Source of the DNA: Hyphochytrium catenoides
Taxonomy: Eukaryota > Protista > Hyphochytriomycota
Reading direction: 5' to 3'
DNA: 64,000 bases
Assembly: GCA_900088475.1 (NCBI GenBank)
Contig: FLMG01004575.1
Location: 7,683 to 71,682, forward strand
The notes beneath the pieces were generated by a model. That model was given only the letters and a program-made list of their open reading frames with translations, was not told the DNA's origin and did no database searches. Position numbers and translations under genes: made by a program. Each line of letters opens with the position of its first letter. Position 1 is the stretch's first letter. Positions 60,361 to 64,000 of the stretch are shown here, in pieces.

Positions 60361-63300
60361 CTGGAGAGAGAGAGAGAGGAAAGATACTTGATGAACTTCG
60401 ACTCGTTTGGTGCTAGTCATGGCCTCAAAGAGCATGGGTAAATGGCATATGATGACATGATGGGGAACTGCCAATGAAAGAAAAGCGAGCAGGGAAGGGA
60501 GAGAGGACAAGGAGCAGAGGTGGAAAGTGCTTGTGCTCACTTGAGGCTCGAGCTCCCTCTTCGCCTGCTGTCCCTTTCCATCTCCTCTACCTAGGGGCTC
60601 CAGCTCGAGCACCTGCTACCCTTGCTTCCCTGTTGTTGCTGCTACTCGGCGGCGGTTGAATGCTGATGATTGGGTGGTTATATCCTCTCCCATCCCCTAC
60701 AACCTGTCTCTTCTCCAGCTCGATCATCATTCTTCCTTGTTCCCTTTCGCTCGCCTTTCTCTCTCATTTTGGCCCCGTCCCTCTCTCTCTCTCTCCGCTG
60801 GTCCCAGGTCTGCTTCAACTCCCAGCACCCAAAAGGATTCTTATGCCTCGGCCGCCCAGCGTCGAAGTTATGACATGAGATGATCAGAGAACCCAAGCGG
60901 TTAATCATCAGGTGGCTGATTAGAGAGGAGGAACTTCAAGGATCTGTTTGGCGGCGAAGGATTGAGAAACTTGTCGTGATAGCTGGCGGAAGTGAGGGAG
61001 GTCAAACCCATACTACATTCTAAATTCATGCTTTGGTTGTTGGTAAGGATACAAGTGTATTACCACAGGTAGGCTACTCAAACACAACTTATAGATCAAA
61101 CCCACTCGCCTTCTGTGGGCTCTGCCTGTCACGACAGACCATAGAGGCAAGGTGGCGCAACCCTTAATACGCTTGCCCTAGCATTTTCGCTTTTGACAGT
61201 GGCAAAGTATAAACCTAAATAATAATATCCCCATAGCTCTACTATTCCAAATCCCTAATAAGATTCTTTGTAGGGCCGGTAGCTGTGAAGACTCTAGACT
61301 TTTGGCAGATCTTAGTACGTAGAGAAGGCCGTCATAGTTGCGGCAAATAAAAAGCCTCAGAATGATCTGCAGATGGCCAAAAAGGAAACCTATGACCGTC
61401 ATAAACACGGGCAGGCAGGCGGAAAGCTACGTTATTGAAGCTTTCTTGAGCTCGTCGTAGGAACACGGAGATCGGCCTAATGAAACCTTCAAAGCCTTTT
61501 CACTTTCACAGCCAAAGTTTTCATGCCGCTGCCTAGGTCATCAAAGAAGGATGATGGGTTCCCATAAAGAAGTCTCGGTTGGTAAGGAAGGTCCAGCGGT
61601 CCAGCCCCCTTTAGATGCCTCGCTTTAGCCAATGGACTCGAAGAAGCAGCTAGCGCTTCGTCTTAGTCTGGCGCGTTTGGGCGCTAGAGACAGACGAGTA
61701 TAGGGGCGCTTGACAGAGGGTTTGTTGAGCTGTTTGTTGATGTAGCTTCACAATACCTTTGAAAAATAATAGGTGGAGTTTTTGCTGGTGCCTTTTTGTC
61801 AGCGGCGTGTTGAAGCTACTGACTGCTCCCCACAATTATGCTATAGTAGTTCTTACTAGGAATCAATGAAGGTTCAGGGATCTAAGAATCGAGTAGAGCC
61901 ACAGCGACGGATCCATCTGAGACAGTGATAATACTGGGACCGGGTTATGTCACAAAAGCTATCGTCCATGTCGTGGCATAACCAGCCCGTGGATACTTAT
62001 ACTGAGAGGAGCATCCACGCCTATTGTCCATTCCTAATACCCGGTACAGCTTCAGTTAGGTTGTTCTATTACAGTTCTTGAAGTATACCGTCTTCATGAT
62101 CGTTGAGTGCTCTATCATTTTGCTGTATCTCGAACTCTAATCAGGGCCAAACCATTTTGATCAAAGGCTCAGCGGCCCTTTTTCCCCCGTCTCATCATAG
62201 GTCTACAGCAAACAGTCAAGGTCATAACAGAGCTATTGCTGTGCAACGCTGTTGCTGACATTAATTGTTGTCTGGTCTGATAATAAAAGTTGTGTGCCGA
62301 TCATGATGGATGTGGCGTCTTTCTGCACTTATGCTGTAGGATGCCCAGCAGGATGCTCATCAAGGTTGTTGTTGGTTTTGGTGGTGGGGTGTTCTCGGAG
62401 ACATTGACAAGCAGGGTAGTGGAAGTACAGTTATCAGCGGGAGCGTCGTGCCGTACTGGAAGGGTCAAAGGACCAGTCGGAGTACCCTGGCCGGAATGGC
62501 TGCTTCTTCTGGTACACCAAAGACAGGGCGGCGTTGGGCATCCTTCTTCTTCTAGTCTGGTCACCAGTCTTCCATAGTTCTATGTATGCCACCAACGGCC
62601 GATCTCGACAATGGTGCTCTCTCTATCATCTGTCTCCCTTCTGCTCCTCTTCTTCTGACATTGCACTAGTTGAAGTAATAAAAACTGCACGGAAGGAGAC
62701 CTGACACACTAAGCCAACTGAAATCTTGTTAAAGATTGAGAGCTGCGACGACGTCGTTATTGACCTTGAGGATTATAAACAAGCACGAGGACGAAATGGT
62801 TGTCGTGACAATCTTGATGCGCTGTTGGCCGAGCGCGGTTGAGGCAGCTGCTGAGGTCCAGTAGTACTGACCATACGGTGCCAGCTAGCCGGAAGCTAAG
62901 GGATCCTCCCTGAAACTCGCTCTATTTGCTCCGGCACCAGGAGATCATCCTGCACTTACTACAGAGGGACTGCAGATATCTTTTCCACTGCCACTTCTTT
63001 TTGTCGTCACTGCAAGCTTTTCATATAGTTCTAGTAGACCGCTTTGTCAGCAGAACCCAATCTATTTGTCTCCTAACATCCTGACGTGATAATAAAGAAC
63101 AGGATGAATTGCTGCACCGAAACTCGGACCTCCTCCCTTGTATCCTAGCAGCAATAGCGCCGAGGAGTGGTCTTCTTATTTGAGAGTATTTCTTTATTAG
63201 GCTCAAGAAAAGACAAGCATATAATATCCGAGCGCCAGACTCATGCTACAAGTACTATCTGGCTGAGTGATGATGGCAAGCGAAAGGAAGTAATTCTGTA

Positions 63301-64000
63301 GGCAATTTGAGCGCGACAGCGCTGGATAGGAAGTACGGAGTAGTGTTTGTGGCTCTTTCTACTTGTAGAACTACCACAAAAAAAGGAGGAAACCTACCTT
63401 ACCATACTCAGCAACAAGCAGGTAGATGGTCTTTCTTACAAAGTGATTGAAAAACAATACTCTCACATTGTCCACTACAAGAGGTGCGGAAGAGGTGAGG
63501 GAGCAGGTGTCCTTGCTATGCATCTTCTAGCCCATGTCCGACCTCTTCTCTGTGATGATAGACTGGGACACCCAGTGGTGCAGCATGTCTAGCTGTGACA
63601 CACAGCAGAAGACGATAGGACATGCTCCACAACCAGCTTTATTTCGAGGCTTATGATAACAGCGGGATGGAAGAACAGGAAGTAAACTTAGCAAAGGATA
63701 GCCAAAAAACAGAAGAAGGGACAGCGCCAGCGAGCAGCAGCAAGGAAGTCAGACCATCAACATTGGCTGTCTGTCTGTGTGGCGATGGAGGCAGCGATGA
63801 TGGGTTCGACGTGTTCACCGGCTCCGGACTAGGTCCTTCTATAGAGGTCACAGGGCCAGAGAATATATACTTTCCTCTGGAGCTTGTCGTTTAGGTCCCT
63901 ATAGACAAGTTGAGGTCTTTATACATTAACTCTATCCTCGGAAGTAATAATACAGGAATGCTTGGGTTCTGACGATAAGCTCATACATTTACTGCTGACT

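Noticed and set aside
1-64000. Stop-codon reassignment or selenoprotein readthrough
   Set aside because: In-frame stops in the conserved genes I traced (RAD54, DIS3, CPN10, PP2C) are removed by GT-AG introns, and TAA, TAG and TGA all serve as true termini.
1-64000. CRISPR arrays, operons, tRNA or rRNA genes, introner families
   Set aside because: No spaced direct-repeat array or tRNA cloverleaf was seen, and the introns share no evident sequence or terminal repeats with one another.

Overview
This is eukaryotic, intron-dense nuclear DNA with short GT-AG introns (mostly about 55-150 nt) and the standard genetic code. Gene content (START-FYVE protein, PP2C-cNMP-kinase fusion) suggests a stramenopile protist or alga; that assignment is inference. 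Gene models were spliced by eye, so internal exon limits and some starts are approximate. In order the window holds: the 3' end of an alpha/beta-hydrolase esterase, a PP2C-2xCNB-pseudokinase, a type I membrane protein, RAD54, a TMEM135-like protein, a TBC1D23-like TBC-WW-rhodanese protein, PDAP1-SAP, START-FYVE, a Kelch/coiled-coil protein, an unknown protein, a Rogdi-like protein, an intronless pepsin-like pseudoprotease, CPN10, ZNF598/Hel2 (containing a 66-N gap), DIS3/RRP44 and a low-complexity hypothetical gene. The main novelty is extra reader domains added to conserved housekeeping proteins. The best case is an atypical bromodomain inserted inside the C-terminal Zn-binding motif of RAD54. 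Others are WW in the TBC1D23-like protein, SAP on PDAP1, and a CCCH finger plus an RRM-like tail on ZNF598. There are also several predicted pseudoenzymes and a candidate structured ncRNA at about 7.7-7.9 kb. No CRISPR array, rRNA, tRNA or intact transposon was recognised.
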